This document shows, piece after piece, positions 11,931-24,900 of a stretch of DNA of 64,000 nt. Each line of letters opens with the position of its first letter. Within the stretch, counting starts at the first letter, position 1. The position numbers and the translations under genes were made by a program. The notes under the pieces are model-generated. The model was not told the DNA's origin and did not search any database. It saw nothing but the letters and a program-made list of their open reading frames with translations. Location of the stretch: NCBI RefSeq assembly GCF_002113885.1, contig NW_018408757.1:71617-135616 (forward strand). Direction: 5' to 3'. Source of the DNA: Mizuhopecten yessoensis. Lineage: Eukaryota.

Positions 11931-12316
11931 TGTAACAGGGGAAGAAAAATGCACGTCCAGACCAGAATTCAAACCTGGGACCATTCAAACTCTAGATGGT
12001 TGCTCTATACCAATTAAGCTACCTGGTCGCTGACAATTGACCCAATCCAGTTCTGCTACATTCCTCCCTCCTTTTTCTAAGTCTTCGCCACCGAAAACAC
12101 AACTATTTACAACCCAGGCTCGGGTATCCCCGTGCCAAACATACACCAAATGCTTGAGACAAGGGTTGGTCACATGCACCACTGTAACAGGAGAAGAAAA
12201 ATGCACTGCCAGACAAGGGTTCCAACCCGAAACCCTCCAGACTCTAGACGGACGCTCTACCAATTGAGCTACCTTAAGCTTGTCGTCGACGATCGACCCA
12301 GCCCAGTTCCACTACA
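11931..12316 (-). mobile_element. TRIM (miniature non-autonomous LTR retrotransposon) with tRNA-derived Pol III unit in each LTR (biv-TRIM/Helenus-like)
   Basis: Direct repeats 11931-12060 and 12183-12316, both TGTA..TACA. 4-bp TSD CTAT at 11927-11930 and 12317-12320. On the minus strand, PBS-like TGGTGCATGTGACC follows the 5' LTR by 1 nt and PPT GAAAAAGGAGGGAGGAA abuts the 3' LTR. Each LTR has an A box TAGCTYAATTGG, a B box GGTTKGAA and a T5 run. Confidence 0.9.
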
Positions 12317-12985
12317 CTATAACATAAGATGCTGTTTGGCAGGCTGTTTTATTTTTATCGGAAGTTAATGATGTCTGTTTTTATGTAACCAAGGGTAAAA
12401 AGGAAATATTTTCTTATCAGACATAACTGTGCCGAATGCGACCTCTTCATTTCCAAAGCACTCTTTCTTTGATGAAATATGGCATGAACAACTCTCTTAA
12501 ATAATTCAAACTTCATGACAATGATCATGTAGTAACATTTATGTCATCACATGGTATCTTTCACTTTTTTTGTTTGGATATATTGTCTTTCTCATTTAGA
12601 AAGATAAAAAAACCTCATTATTATTATTATATTAATGACATTGACCAAAATTTCTTCTGAATTAAGAATGGATTTGTTGAAATGAATATTTATTGGACCC
12701 TGTTGAACTCAGAAGTGCAAGTAAATTAAAGATGCTATAATTTGTCCAGATCCGAACTTTGAAATTTTGATTGTCAGCATCAGGCAAATCAGCCATGAGA
12801 ATTTTGATAGATCTAAAGAGGTTACACAAGAAATCAAAAGATTTAAGTTTTCTACCAGAACACATACATCATTTTATCAACATTAAACAACTCCATTGTC
12901 TTTTTCAACTTTTAAGTGCATCTTTCAGTTTCAAATTAACATACATTTTCAGTTGACTGTTTTGTGAACATAAAGTGCCAGCAAC

Positions 12986-15900
12986 ATGGCTGTGTATTTT
13001 GATCACCGCCTGGAAACTGACCGATCTGGGATCAACACAGATGCGTCATGGTTCAGTGGTGCCCCAATGATCGCCGTCACATCATACAGTGATGAGAATG
13101 GTGGCACTGTCAATCTTTTTTTGGAAGAGGTAATATATATATATATATAGCATTTCAAATCAGTGTTTGTATTTCTATAAGTGTATGTATTATTTAAGAA
13201 TTGAACTGATAATCATTTTAGTCTTTTGCATATATGTATATAGGTAAACATGTAATTGCAATGGATATTTTTCACCCAAAATGAAGAGATGTGTGGAATT
13301 TAAGTTATAAAACGGCATCATGTTATATTTATATATATGTATATCATATGGGGCAAAGAAGTAATTCCAACAGTCTGGACAATCCGTTCCTTTATCAAGA
13401 CACAGTGAAACAGAACAGTTACATAACATACATATGCATCATATTACAAGAAGATGGAACTGATATACTATAATTGAAAATAAAGCTTATCATAGTTATA
13501 CTGCTGATATTTATGGAGAAAAAAAAAGATAAATCTAAGAATGATTTTAATAAGATATGAAAATAATTGAAAATCTTTATTACGCTATTCCGTTCATATT
13601 TTTTAGGGTGAGAAATTGTTGAATATTCCATTACATCGTGCGGGTCAAGCAACCTCTGTGGCATGGCACCCGACAAAGAAAATTGTTGCAGTTGGCTGGG
13701 AAAACGGAGAACTGCTGGTTTGGAATGAAGTTGACCATGAGTTATTTGAAGGTTTACCACTACACAAAACAGCCATCACAGTTTTACACTGGAGCTCCTC
13801 TGGCTCTCGACTGTCTTCTGGGGACAAGGTGAGATAAAAGATTTTATGTTTAAACTTTATTTTGTGCTTACAAGTACTTTGTAGCTGGTGTCTATGTGAA
13901 GTATAATATTTTGATAACCATGGCAGTACATGAGGTTTAAAGCGAATATCAATAACAGGGGCGTGTGGTATTTATAGTGTATGGTTGACTTTAAAAGCTT
14001 TATACTAACCTGTTGGCAGTGTGTACATTTTGATAGTTAGAGTACTCACAGGCAGATTTTGAAAAAAAAATGATAGTTAAAGCTGTATTATCCTTGTGAA
14101 TAATGAAATTGTTCAGTTACCCTGACATAAAAATCTACTCGCCCTGTGCTCTAGTTGGTTTGACCTGTTTATTGTCTATACAAATATGTTTTCTGTACAA
14201 TGACCTATTGACCTGCATATTGTAGAAAAAACTTGATTTAAGTAGAAAGTTTTTGTATTTTTGTGTCACCTTGAATGAAGTGCCAGTTAAGCTTATGGTA
14301 TGGTGTGTTGTCAGTCAACATTTTCTTTGGACAACTTCTTAAGAACTGCAGGTCCTATGGCCATGATATTTGGCTAGTAGGTACATGGGCTACAATGCTA
14401 CAAACAGTCGTCAAATAATTTACCTTGACCTAGTTTCAAGGTCACAGGGGTTAAATGTGTTAAAAACCTTTAAACAAATTCTTCTGAATAACCAAGAGAC
14501 CTAGAGCAATCATATCTGGTCAGTAGGTACCTGAGATGGACTGCTATAAACTTTCCTCAAATAAATTACCATAACCAGGTGTCATGATGTGAAATATATA
14601 AATATCTTTAAACAAACTCTTCTGAATAACCAGGAGGCTCAGAGTGATGCCATACCTGCCAACCCCGGATATACTGAAAGAGGGTGATGACCCTCTTTTG
14701 AAAATAAAAAAGAGGGTCATAGCGCGCGATGTCTTTTTTTCACAACAAATATAAGAAGAAAAGTATATGCAGATATTAAATCAGAACTTTAATATTTCAA
14801 TGTTGTAAAAGGTACATTCTACATTCATTGAACTATTCTTCCAGCAGATCTAGCTGATCCTCATTCACAATACCAGGTTCAAAGCTGAAAAATAAAAAAG
14901 TTTGTCAGCAACACAACAAAATTAATTCATAATAATAAATATGATACTGTGTATTCACAGGCATTTTTTATGTCAATTAAAATGGTCCTGACAATAACTT
15001 GTCAATAAGATGTCACATTCTTCTCATGTAAAATACCATTTTGTTTCTGTCAATAAAAATGGTCCTGACAATTAGAAGTCGCACACTACTACTCATATAA
15101 AATTTCAGTTTTATACGAGTAGGGTTTGAATTCTTATTGTCAGGATCATTTTGATTTACAGAAACAAATCATCAAATGCCTGTACGTGTTATTGGACGTC
15201 TAAGTAACGTCGTTTTTAGCACCAGATCCAACTGAAATATGTGATTAACAAAGAGTGCAGAATGGAGCGTTTGGTCCAAGACCGCCAGACTTTATCCACT
15301 ATAACTCATTTTCCTACGACATTTGATATACATGTGCACAATTATCTTTTCTTTTAGCATTTCGTAGAGTAGAATCTCCTAGTCCCGATAACGAATTCTT
15401 CCTTCAAGAAGACACACAAAATTACCTTCAAAATACAATCTATACTACGTAAATACTATTGTAAAAACAACTCAATTATTCATTAAAACACCTCACTAAT
15501 TACTTGTCGGTAAGTTCAGTAACAACAGTCTTTATATAAACATTTGTAAAAAACAGTTCTAGTGCGTATATAAACAACTTACAAGTTACCTGTCTGTGAG
15601 AAATGGAAACGGGAAATAGATCATCTTTTTTTTTATGACAAAGGATGCAAAAGTCTAGAGAATTCCGAGTGACTTTGGTAACTTCTAATATAAGAAAAGA
15701 TTCTGGGCAAAACAGGTGAAATGGACGAAATCCGGGGCAAAATCGTAACCCAGCGGGTGAAGGGCTAAAATCCCGGGTGTAACCCAACAAAATCGGGTTA
15801 CTTGGTAGGTATGTGATGCTACTTGGCCAGTAGCTGTATATAGGCACCTGGCATGAAGTGCTATAAACTGTTGTCAAATAAATGACCTTGACCTATTTTC

Positions 15901-18900
15901 AAGGTCACAGGTCAAATATGCAAAGACCTATAAAAAAATCTTCTGGGTAACCAGGAGGCCCAGGGTGATGATATTGGGCCAGTAGTTACCTGGGATGTAG
16001 TGCTATGAAGTTACCTCAACTGGATGACCTTGACATATGTTGAAGGTCACATGGGTCTAATACATGTATATTAAAACTTTTGAGAGACTTCTTCTGAATA
16101 ACTCCGACACATATGGTGGTGATACTTGGCCAGTAGGTATCTAGGATGGAGTGCTTTAAGATTTTTCAAATAAATTACCTTGACTTACTTTAAAGAGCAC
16201 AGGCATCAAATATATAAAAACCTTCAAGCAACTTCTGCTGAATAACCAGGATGCCCTTGGCGATGATTGTTGCCCAATAGGTACCTGGCATTGGGTGCTA
16301 TAAAGTTCCCTAAAATAAATTACCTGGACTTAATTCCAAGGTCAAATGGATCACTTATGAAAAAACCTTCAAACAACTTCTGCATTACCAGAAGGCTCTG
16401 GGTGATGATATTTGTCCAGTAGCATGTTTGGATAGCATAAAGTTCCATTTAGTCTGAAACACTCTAAGTCAAAGAGACTGAATATATGGAAATAATTGCA
16501 AAATTATTATGATTGAGAACGTTTTCCTGTGATTGCTCAAATATCCAGGTGAGTGGTACAGGCCCTCTGTGCCTCTTGTTTTAAGTTAATACCATGTTAC
16601 TGGAAGTGATATCCTTTCTTTCTAATTTCATTGCCTTTATCTTTATCTTAGGTTGTTGAATGCAATTTTTGCTGTAGTGGTAAATGATTATTTCTATTTC
16701 AGGCAGGTGTACTGATGGTGTGGAAGTCTGACGGCAAGGGTCGGCTACAGCAGAACCCATTGCACCAACACCATGTCCAGGAACCTCTTAGTAAAATATT
16801 GTACAGACCCATTCCTCCACCAGACCCGGAACAGTAGGTTATCCATTAAATTCTAACAATAAGTCTGTGACGTTATGAATGCTGGAAATATTTGCTGTCA
16901 TAATAAATTTGTGAATATATCTTGCCATGAAAAATATTGCCATGAAAACAATCTTGTAAAATACAGTATGTAGTGTACTCACTACAGTACAGTATAAATA
17001 CCTTGAAGGGAAAATTGAAGGTATTTGTATGAACCATGATATATATGTGAAACAAAATAATTGTTAGTATGTGATGTTAAATTTAAGAGGGGAAACAGGA
17101 GGGAGTATTTGTCCTTTATTTCTGTTTTGGCAAAGATGAAATATCTACATGTAAGGGAACAATATATTTTTATTTTTTTTATAATCCGAAAGATAATTGA
17201 ACTGAAAGTACCAGCTCATTTCCTCTTCAAAAAGACAACTTTGCTTAATAAAACAAATATTATTCACTTAATTGCTAGGGAAATAAAGCACACCATAACA
17301 ACCCCCATTGTCTAATGCATACACATATTTTATGCATGAAAAATTTGACTTTTTGAAATAGGATGTAAAGTGGTTTAATTGATTCAGGCCAAGTGACCAC
17401 ATGGTCTTATTGTTGAAGTCTTGAGATTTAATTTGGCCAGTTATTTTGTTGTTAGTGATATAGCAGCACTTGCTAGAGCTGCAGTCAGCGGGGACGAGAA
17501 AGCTTTAGATCTCTTCACGTGGAAATCCAAAGGCAAAGGCAATTCCAAGATGTCTTCCATGTTTGGTCCAACAGAAGCGTTGACTTTTTTTGTTGGTGGT
17601 GAAAGTGGTACGTAGATTTATTGTAATAAATGAAATACAGTTGGACCCACTAATTAATAGTGAAATGGATTATGTTTGAAAAAGGTTAAATCGAAGGTAA
17701 ATGGACTCCCCATTCACTTTCTTGCAATTTCTGTATTATTTGGTAAAACTTGATAATTTAGAAAGTGGTTACTTTGAAATATGAATTTGTTTTTGTATCC
17801 TGTGGATGTAAATACTTTTTTTGATAAAGGTTAAGATTTATACCAGTTGTTCAATAGGCAGGTAGGACCGTCTAGTTTGGTTGCACTGGATATATAAAAT
17901 CAGAGACATTTCATTTCCTCTATAACCATGCTGCCAAAACATTCTTCAGAAATGTTCAAGACATAATGTTAATCCAAATAATGTTTGTCTGAATTTTCAA
18001 TAAAATGTGCTGTTTTTGGAATTCTCATCTTCACTACACTGTAGTTTGTTTTGTTTCTTTATTTGAAATAAATTTTGCAGGCGGTGTGTATTATGTAAAT
18101 GAGAATGGTCAGTGTACACAAATATTTTCTGTGGACACTGCTATCCTTCGGTTCCTGTACTATGAAGAAAAGAATGTATTGATCACAGTCACAGAGAACA
18201 TGATGCTTACACAGCATGCCATAATGCCTGAGGGTGATGCTAAGGAGCTGATGAGGGTAAGTGTTTAAACAATAACACACAGAAAATGGGATGCTTTGCT
18301 CAACTTGTCATAATGCCTGAAGGGACCAAATAACATAATTGTTCCAACAAAATAATCTATATGAATTTTGTTTTATATTGATATTAACCTAAGATTAAAG
18401 CATTCCAGTAAGGCCTCAGCATATTCCAAGAAAAACATTTTTAACAGTGATACTGTACTACTTTTAACACTAACCCCTATGTTTTAGGTGAAGATGAGTG
18501 GCAGGGGAGAGAACCCTGTTATCTGTTGGGCTGGAAAAAGTATTGTAGCCACTGCTACAGGGGAGGGTGTTGTCAGGTAAGTCTGCAATAACATACACTA
18601 GAATTTTGCAGTTATTCTAATGAGGTGTTGTAGGCACATCATTCTTTAATAATTGAAAATATGCTGAGAAAAAATTAAAAAGGCATAATTCTAACCAAAA
18701 AATCTTTGTCAAGAATATTTGTTCAAATTAATAAAGAAATATCTTGCAGGTTATTGAAATATGGTTATATTTTGTAGGATGTGGGATCTAGACCACGAAG
18801 AAAACTATATTTTGTCATTAGATGGACATGGTAGCTACGACAAATCAGAAAACATCATGTGTATCAGCTACTGCGAGGAAAAGGGTAGGTCCAATGGACA

Positions 18901-21900
18901 GAAGTTTTATGTCAAGAGAAGTATTTTGGTTTTGTTCCGTTAAAACTGAACAGTCATAAATCAAGTCCCTGTTATTGTCACGTATTTCAAGTAAAAAAAT
19001 CAATTTGAGATCATACCAGTAACAGTTAATATACATTACATATTGTTGATATTGCATTTTAAAAAAGTTGGTCAGTAGAAAACTGACTTGGAAGAAGGAA
19101 TCTGATTTTTCCATCTCCGAATATCCATGGAAGATTCAAAATCACTTTCAGATACAAGGGATTTTGATAAACTTCTCAGGTACATTTGACATATTAAGTT
19201 TGATACTGGGCATAATTGATTGAATGTCAAAGTCAGTGTAACTAGAAATTTGAAGTCATTATTGGTCCAGACGGGTATTGGTAGCTTGCTTTCTCAGGTG
19301 GACAACATTTTGTTACCAAAGTGTCTTTGTATTACAGGAGTACTTGCTGGAGGCACTAACCTTGGGAATATAGCGCTGTGGAGGTATGCTCCGCCCCTAG
19401 GTAGTCGGCTGGTGGACGGGGAAAAGAAGTGGAAGCTTCAGGCACCAGCTACTGTAGAAGGCAGTATCCGACAACTGTCTGTGAGTTCATCTTGTATTTT
19501 TTTCATTTGTCACAATCATCAATTTCTAGTTCAGATAATTTTCTTTTTGAATAATATTCTTTAGTTTGTTTGACTCTCTTTATCTTGTTTTTTTTGTTAT
19601 CCTCGATTAAATATTTTAATACAGTTTGAAAGATTTTTTTTTGTATTTAAACAGTTTCAAATTTCATTTCCTTATATATAAAAAGAAAAATAATGTCAAA
19701 ATAATGTTTATACATTTGTGTTTATAGTATTATATGTATTATATTATTTAGGTTGTTAGAACATTACTAGGTACTTTCCTAGCTTTAAAACTGCATTATT
19801 GTTATATTTTAATTTAATTCCATTTTTACAATGATCTTAGTTTTAAGTCATTCAGGTAATGTTTTTGTATGTGATTTTCAGTGGGGATCAAAGAAGAACT
19901 TATTGGCTGTAAATACCATTGCAAATGTGTTCATGCTCAACGAACAGACAATGAGCTCGAGTTTTTCTGGTCAGGTATGTCAACTTATAACGACCATGCA
20001 ATTTACAAGTATTTTCTGCTGCAATGTTATTATAATTGAAATAACAAAAGTTCAGTTTAATTTTTCAAAATTTTACAATGTCCAGCCATTAACCCAGCTG
20101 GTCTTGGACCATTGGGGTTATGCCATGGTGCAGCATCTGTAATCCCTTTTTTGTTTTCTGTCAGTCTTTTCCTTTGAATCCTTAAGACTGGTGTCAGAAT
20201 TCTCCTTTACTACACACACGTGTCCCCAGCTGTAGATCACCCTGTTTTACTAGAGAGCAACAGCAGACACAATATTACGTATGTAGTGATAATGAAGTGC
20301 CCAATTATTTACATTTTTCCATTGTGAAGCCAACACTGTTACACAAAACAAATGGATCGCAACTTGAAAAATTGTAGGTGCTGGATCACGAAAACAGATA
20401 TATCTTTCTCCCAAAGTTAAAATTCATCAACTTCCGATATTAAAACATTTACATAGGACACTGCTTCGCAAGTTCAAAAATGGTCACGAATAAAATAAAC
20501 ATTCACTTTTGTTATATAAACTTTGTAAATGAGTGAAAAAGATTTAAGGATGGAAAACAAATAATGGAAAATAGTTTTGATTTCATCAAAATACACATAT
20601 GCTATGGCAGATTGGTTGAGTGGTAAACACACATGGAATATTCAGAGAAAGTGATTTTCTCAACTCCCAACAACCATGGTGGAGTATAAAATGGTCTGAC
20701 GTGGATGTTGCGGTATCTGTGCTGTAACATTCAAATGATGTGGCACTATAAATGATACCGTTGGAAGCATGGTCCCACTACAAACAGAACACAATACAAC
20801 TCCAGCACACACGCAAGCATACACATATAGGGAGATATTGGCAGGGGGCATAGGACTAGTAGTTAGCGCCTGATAAGGCAGCTACTGCAAATTCCTCCAA
20901 AAATATATTGATTAAATGTATATGCTTATTGTATTGATTGTATAAATTGTATATCTAGGTACTGTAAAGTGTTTTAGAGTGACTATTCTAGCTAGATAGG
21001 GCGCTATATCAAATGTTATATATTATTATTATTATAATATTATTTTATGGGGTATGGAAAATCAAAAACATTTGTATTTCCCTGAGGGGTCCTTATAATG
21101 TCATCAAGAGAATTTTGCAATCAATATGAATATGTTCATTCAAAGGAACAAACGTCACTAACTATGTTTAATATTCATTCAAGCTTACTTAAATAGAATT
21201 GTTGGACACTTAATACATGATGTAAAATATATTTGGTTTGATATTTGTATTGACAGACAGCTGTGGTGCAGTTTGGCCCTAGTTCCCTTGCCCTGGAGAT
21301 GTTTGCCACAGGAACACACCATGACCTCAAAACAGAGGTCCAGGTCAAAGGTGTCTGCACTACTAAGGTAAAGTCAGCCGTCCTGTTTATATATCAACAC
21401 TTAGATTGTAATATGGTCACAACCTTTGATTCTTATTAATAAAATGATCTTTTATTAAATGCTCAATCTAAATTGATCTATAATAGATTTATTTTTATAT
21501 TACAGGATACTTTAGCAGTGTGGAATGGCAGAAAAGTGATAACTTATGAATATTCTGAGGACAGAACTATCATTAAGGGTGCAGGTACATGTCTACAAAA
21601 AGGCTTATTCTTCTGTCTTTGGTACATTCGTGACCACTCTGGAAAGATCCTAAATCAAACTTGTGAATTTTATTACCCCTTGGTTACCCATTCCCCCCTA
21701 TGGAGGGAGTCAAACTTACTTTAAGTTATATTTAGTAATAATACTTAAGAGTTCATTTTGTATTTTGTAAGCAGATAATAGCTTAAACTTGGAAAGGTAT
21801 ATTATCATGTGACTGCAGTTAGATGGTATGAAAATGAAACCCTGACCCACATGTAGGGCTTAAGGAGAAGGGCCCTACAGTGTTACCATATCAGAAATCT

Positions 21901-24900
21901 TTTACATTTTTTTTATAAAAATTAAATTTAATGTATTGGTTACAGATCAGAATCTTTATGGATGAATAAAAGTGTCCAATTGTCTCGGACAACAGCTTTT
22001 ATCATGGACATAATTTTTCTGTTTTTTCTCCTAGGTATACATTTGTTCTGTGTAAATTGTATTTTTTTTGTACAGGAACATTTGCTACGGAGACAATGGA
22101 AGTGCGACTTTACGAACAGAATGTTTACTGTGTAGAAATCGGCAAGGTTCAGGTTCGCACCCACCAGGTAGGTCACTTTTTGGATTTTCAGAAATGACGC
22201 TCTGACAGTTATAGATATCAAGTAATCTTCTGAACTGTTAAAATTATCTTAAAGTACCTGGGGGGATATCTTCATCACATCTTTAGTTTATCACCCACTG
22301 AAAGTGTGCAGTATACCATAATTATTGTGTTACCATGGGCTTCACTTCAAAATGTTGTTAAATCCCGAAGTAATCTTTAAATATCTTTGCATGAATAAGT
22401 AGAAATAAGATAAATTTGACAGGAAAACAACTTTTCAGTGTACTGTAGAAAAGTGGTAGGGCTGTCTACCTTAAATATTAAGTTGAAAGATCCTTGGTAT
22501 TATGCTGTTCATAGACAAGCTAAGTAGATTACTTTGAAAGACTCTTTCTGTTATTACATATTCTGATCTAAATTGTGGTCTATTAAACATTACGCTATTG
22601 CAGTTGACATTTATGATTTTGTTGTAGGGTACAGTAAAGCAGGTCATCAACTTCTCGGACGCTGAGGGGCAGCCTGTCAGTTTAGATGTTTGTGGTACAT
22701 CACTAGTCATAGCCACAGACAACGGAGTGGTCCGTGTATATGATTTGTCAAGGAGGTAACTTCATTAGGATTGGCTCACTTAGCCTCACCAAATTTCAAG
22801 CAATTTGATGTGTATGAGAATTCTAAAATCTAAAGATATATCAAAACTTCATTGTCTACAAATTTGAAGTCCTTACTTTTGAATACAGAATTTCAAACAG
22901 AAAATATATTAAAAATCATAACAAAATATTTTAATTTTGTCAACCTATTCTCGTATTATTTCATGCTTGTAAAGTTGAATTTGGTTTCATTTTCACATTA
23001 TTATAAAGCATGGAAAATGGAGTCCTCAAAGAAAAGGAAAGAATTATATTTTTTTGATGATTTGAAACTGAGGCTTGTAAAAAACAGAATCCCTAATTAC
23101 AGGGAATTTCTTTCTCAGTGTTTTAAAGCCTTGCTCATTCACCCACCAATCTCCACTTTGACAAATGTCGCCGTATTTAGGGGGTTGAGTCGGCCATATT
23201 TGTTACCCATGACTACCCTTTCCCCGCATTGGATATCATCACATTGCAATTGATGGCTTAATTCCTCCAACAGTTTCTGATCAATGATCAACTTTGAGAA
23301 TACCTTGATGCATTTGTGCTGTAGGGTTCGAAGTTCAAGGGTATTGTCACTCATTATTTATAGAAAAAATCAACCAATTCAGTGTCATCATTCTACTTGA
23401 CTTGACTTCTAAACAGATTTTGATCAAAATTCATACATGTCAGTTTGAGAATACCTTGATTAAGTTTGTGCTTCACAGTGCCAGGTTCAAGTCCAAGGTT
23501 GCTGTTGTGTCTTAATTTATCATGTATGATAATACCCCAGATAAGTTTGTGTTTCAGTTTGCCATGGTCAAGGCCAAGGTCACTAGTTACTGAAGACGTT
23601 TCCTAGCTTCTCTGTGTAATATAATCTGTCATTACTCTAGTTTGTTATCTAATACATTTGTTTCTATATAGGAAATGTTGTTATGCATTCACCTTTTGTA
23701 TGCTTTTTCAGAGAAGCGAAGCCAACGAGCCAACCAAAGAATTTAGGGGATGTCATTCCTGGTTTTAATGGAATTTTATCTGCCAGGTGTAATTCAAATG
23801 GATCTAAAGTCAGTGTTCTTGTGAAAAATGTGAGTTTCTATGATTGCGAGGCTAGCAGTAAATATATTCAATAATAGGAAATGTAATAAAGGTTAGAAAA
23901 GAGGTAAGGGCTGTTCCATAATTTATCATATGGTGGAGGTGGGAGGCACATATATTAATATATTATGGGTGTTGGGGTTTAATCTATATCTGCCTACCAT
24001 ACCTTGTTAAATCACTCCAGATTTTATGGATCTCTGTAAAAGTGCCTCCCACCCCAACAGTGAATCCTGGAACAGCCCCATTGTATTTATAAAACAGTTT
24101 TTAGCTCACCTGCCCGAAGGGCAGCTGAGCTTATGCCATGGCGCGCCGTCCGTCCGGCGTCTGTCAACTTTCCTTTAAACGACTTCTTCTGAAGAACCAG
24201 ATGGCATAGAGTCATGATATTTGGCTGGTAGCTTCCTTATATGGAGCCCGACATCGCGTGCGAAAAAACCCAGAATTTGACCTACTTTCAAGGTCACAGG
24301 GGTCAAATATGTAAAAACCTTCAAACACTTCTTCTGAAATACCGAAAGGTTTAGAGACATGACAATTGGTAGGTAGCTTCCATGGAATAAGCCGAACAAA
24401 GTTTGCGAACAAAAATGGCCTCGACCTACTTTCAAGGTCACAGGGGTGAAATATTTCAACATTTTCAAAAAACTTATCTTCTGAAATACAGAAAAGCCTA
24501 GAGATATGAGAATTACCTGGTAGCTTCCTTGGTAAAAGCCAAACAAAGTTTGCGTATAAAAATGACCTTGACCTACTTTAAAGGTCATAGACGTCAAATA
24601 TCTCAAAACCTTCAAACGACTTCTTCTGAAATACCGAAAGGTTTAGAGACATTACAATTGGTAGGTAGCTTCCATGGAATAAGGCGAACAAAGTTTGCGA
24701 ACAAAAATGGCCTCGACCTACTTTCAAGGTCACAGGGGTCAAATGTGTTAAAATCTTCAAACAACTTTTTCTCAGTAACGAACAGACATTGGGTGAAGAT
24801 ATATGGCCAATAGCATCCTGGGATAAAGGGGTACCAAGTTTGTACATATGAATGACCTTGACCTACTTTCAAGGTCACAGGGGTCAAAATTTTCAAACGA

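Noticed and set aside
11960-12280. Functional tRNA genes
   Set aside because: The tRNA-like units have broken anticodon and T stems and sit inside TRIM LTRs.
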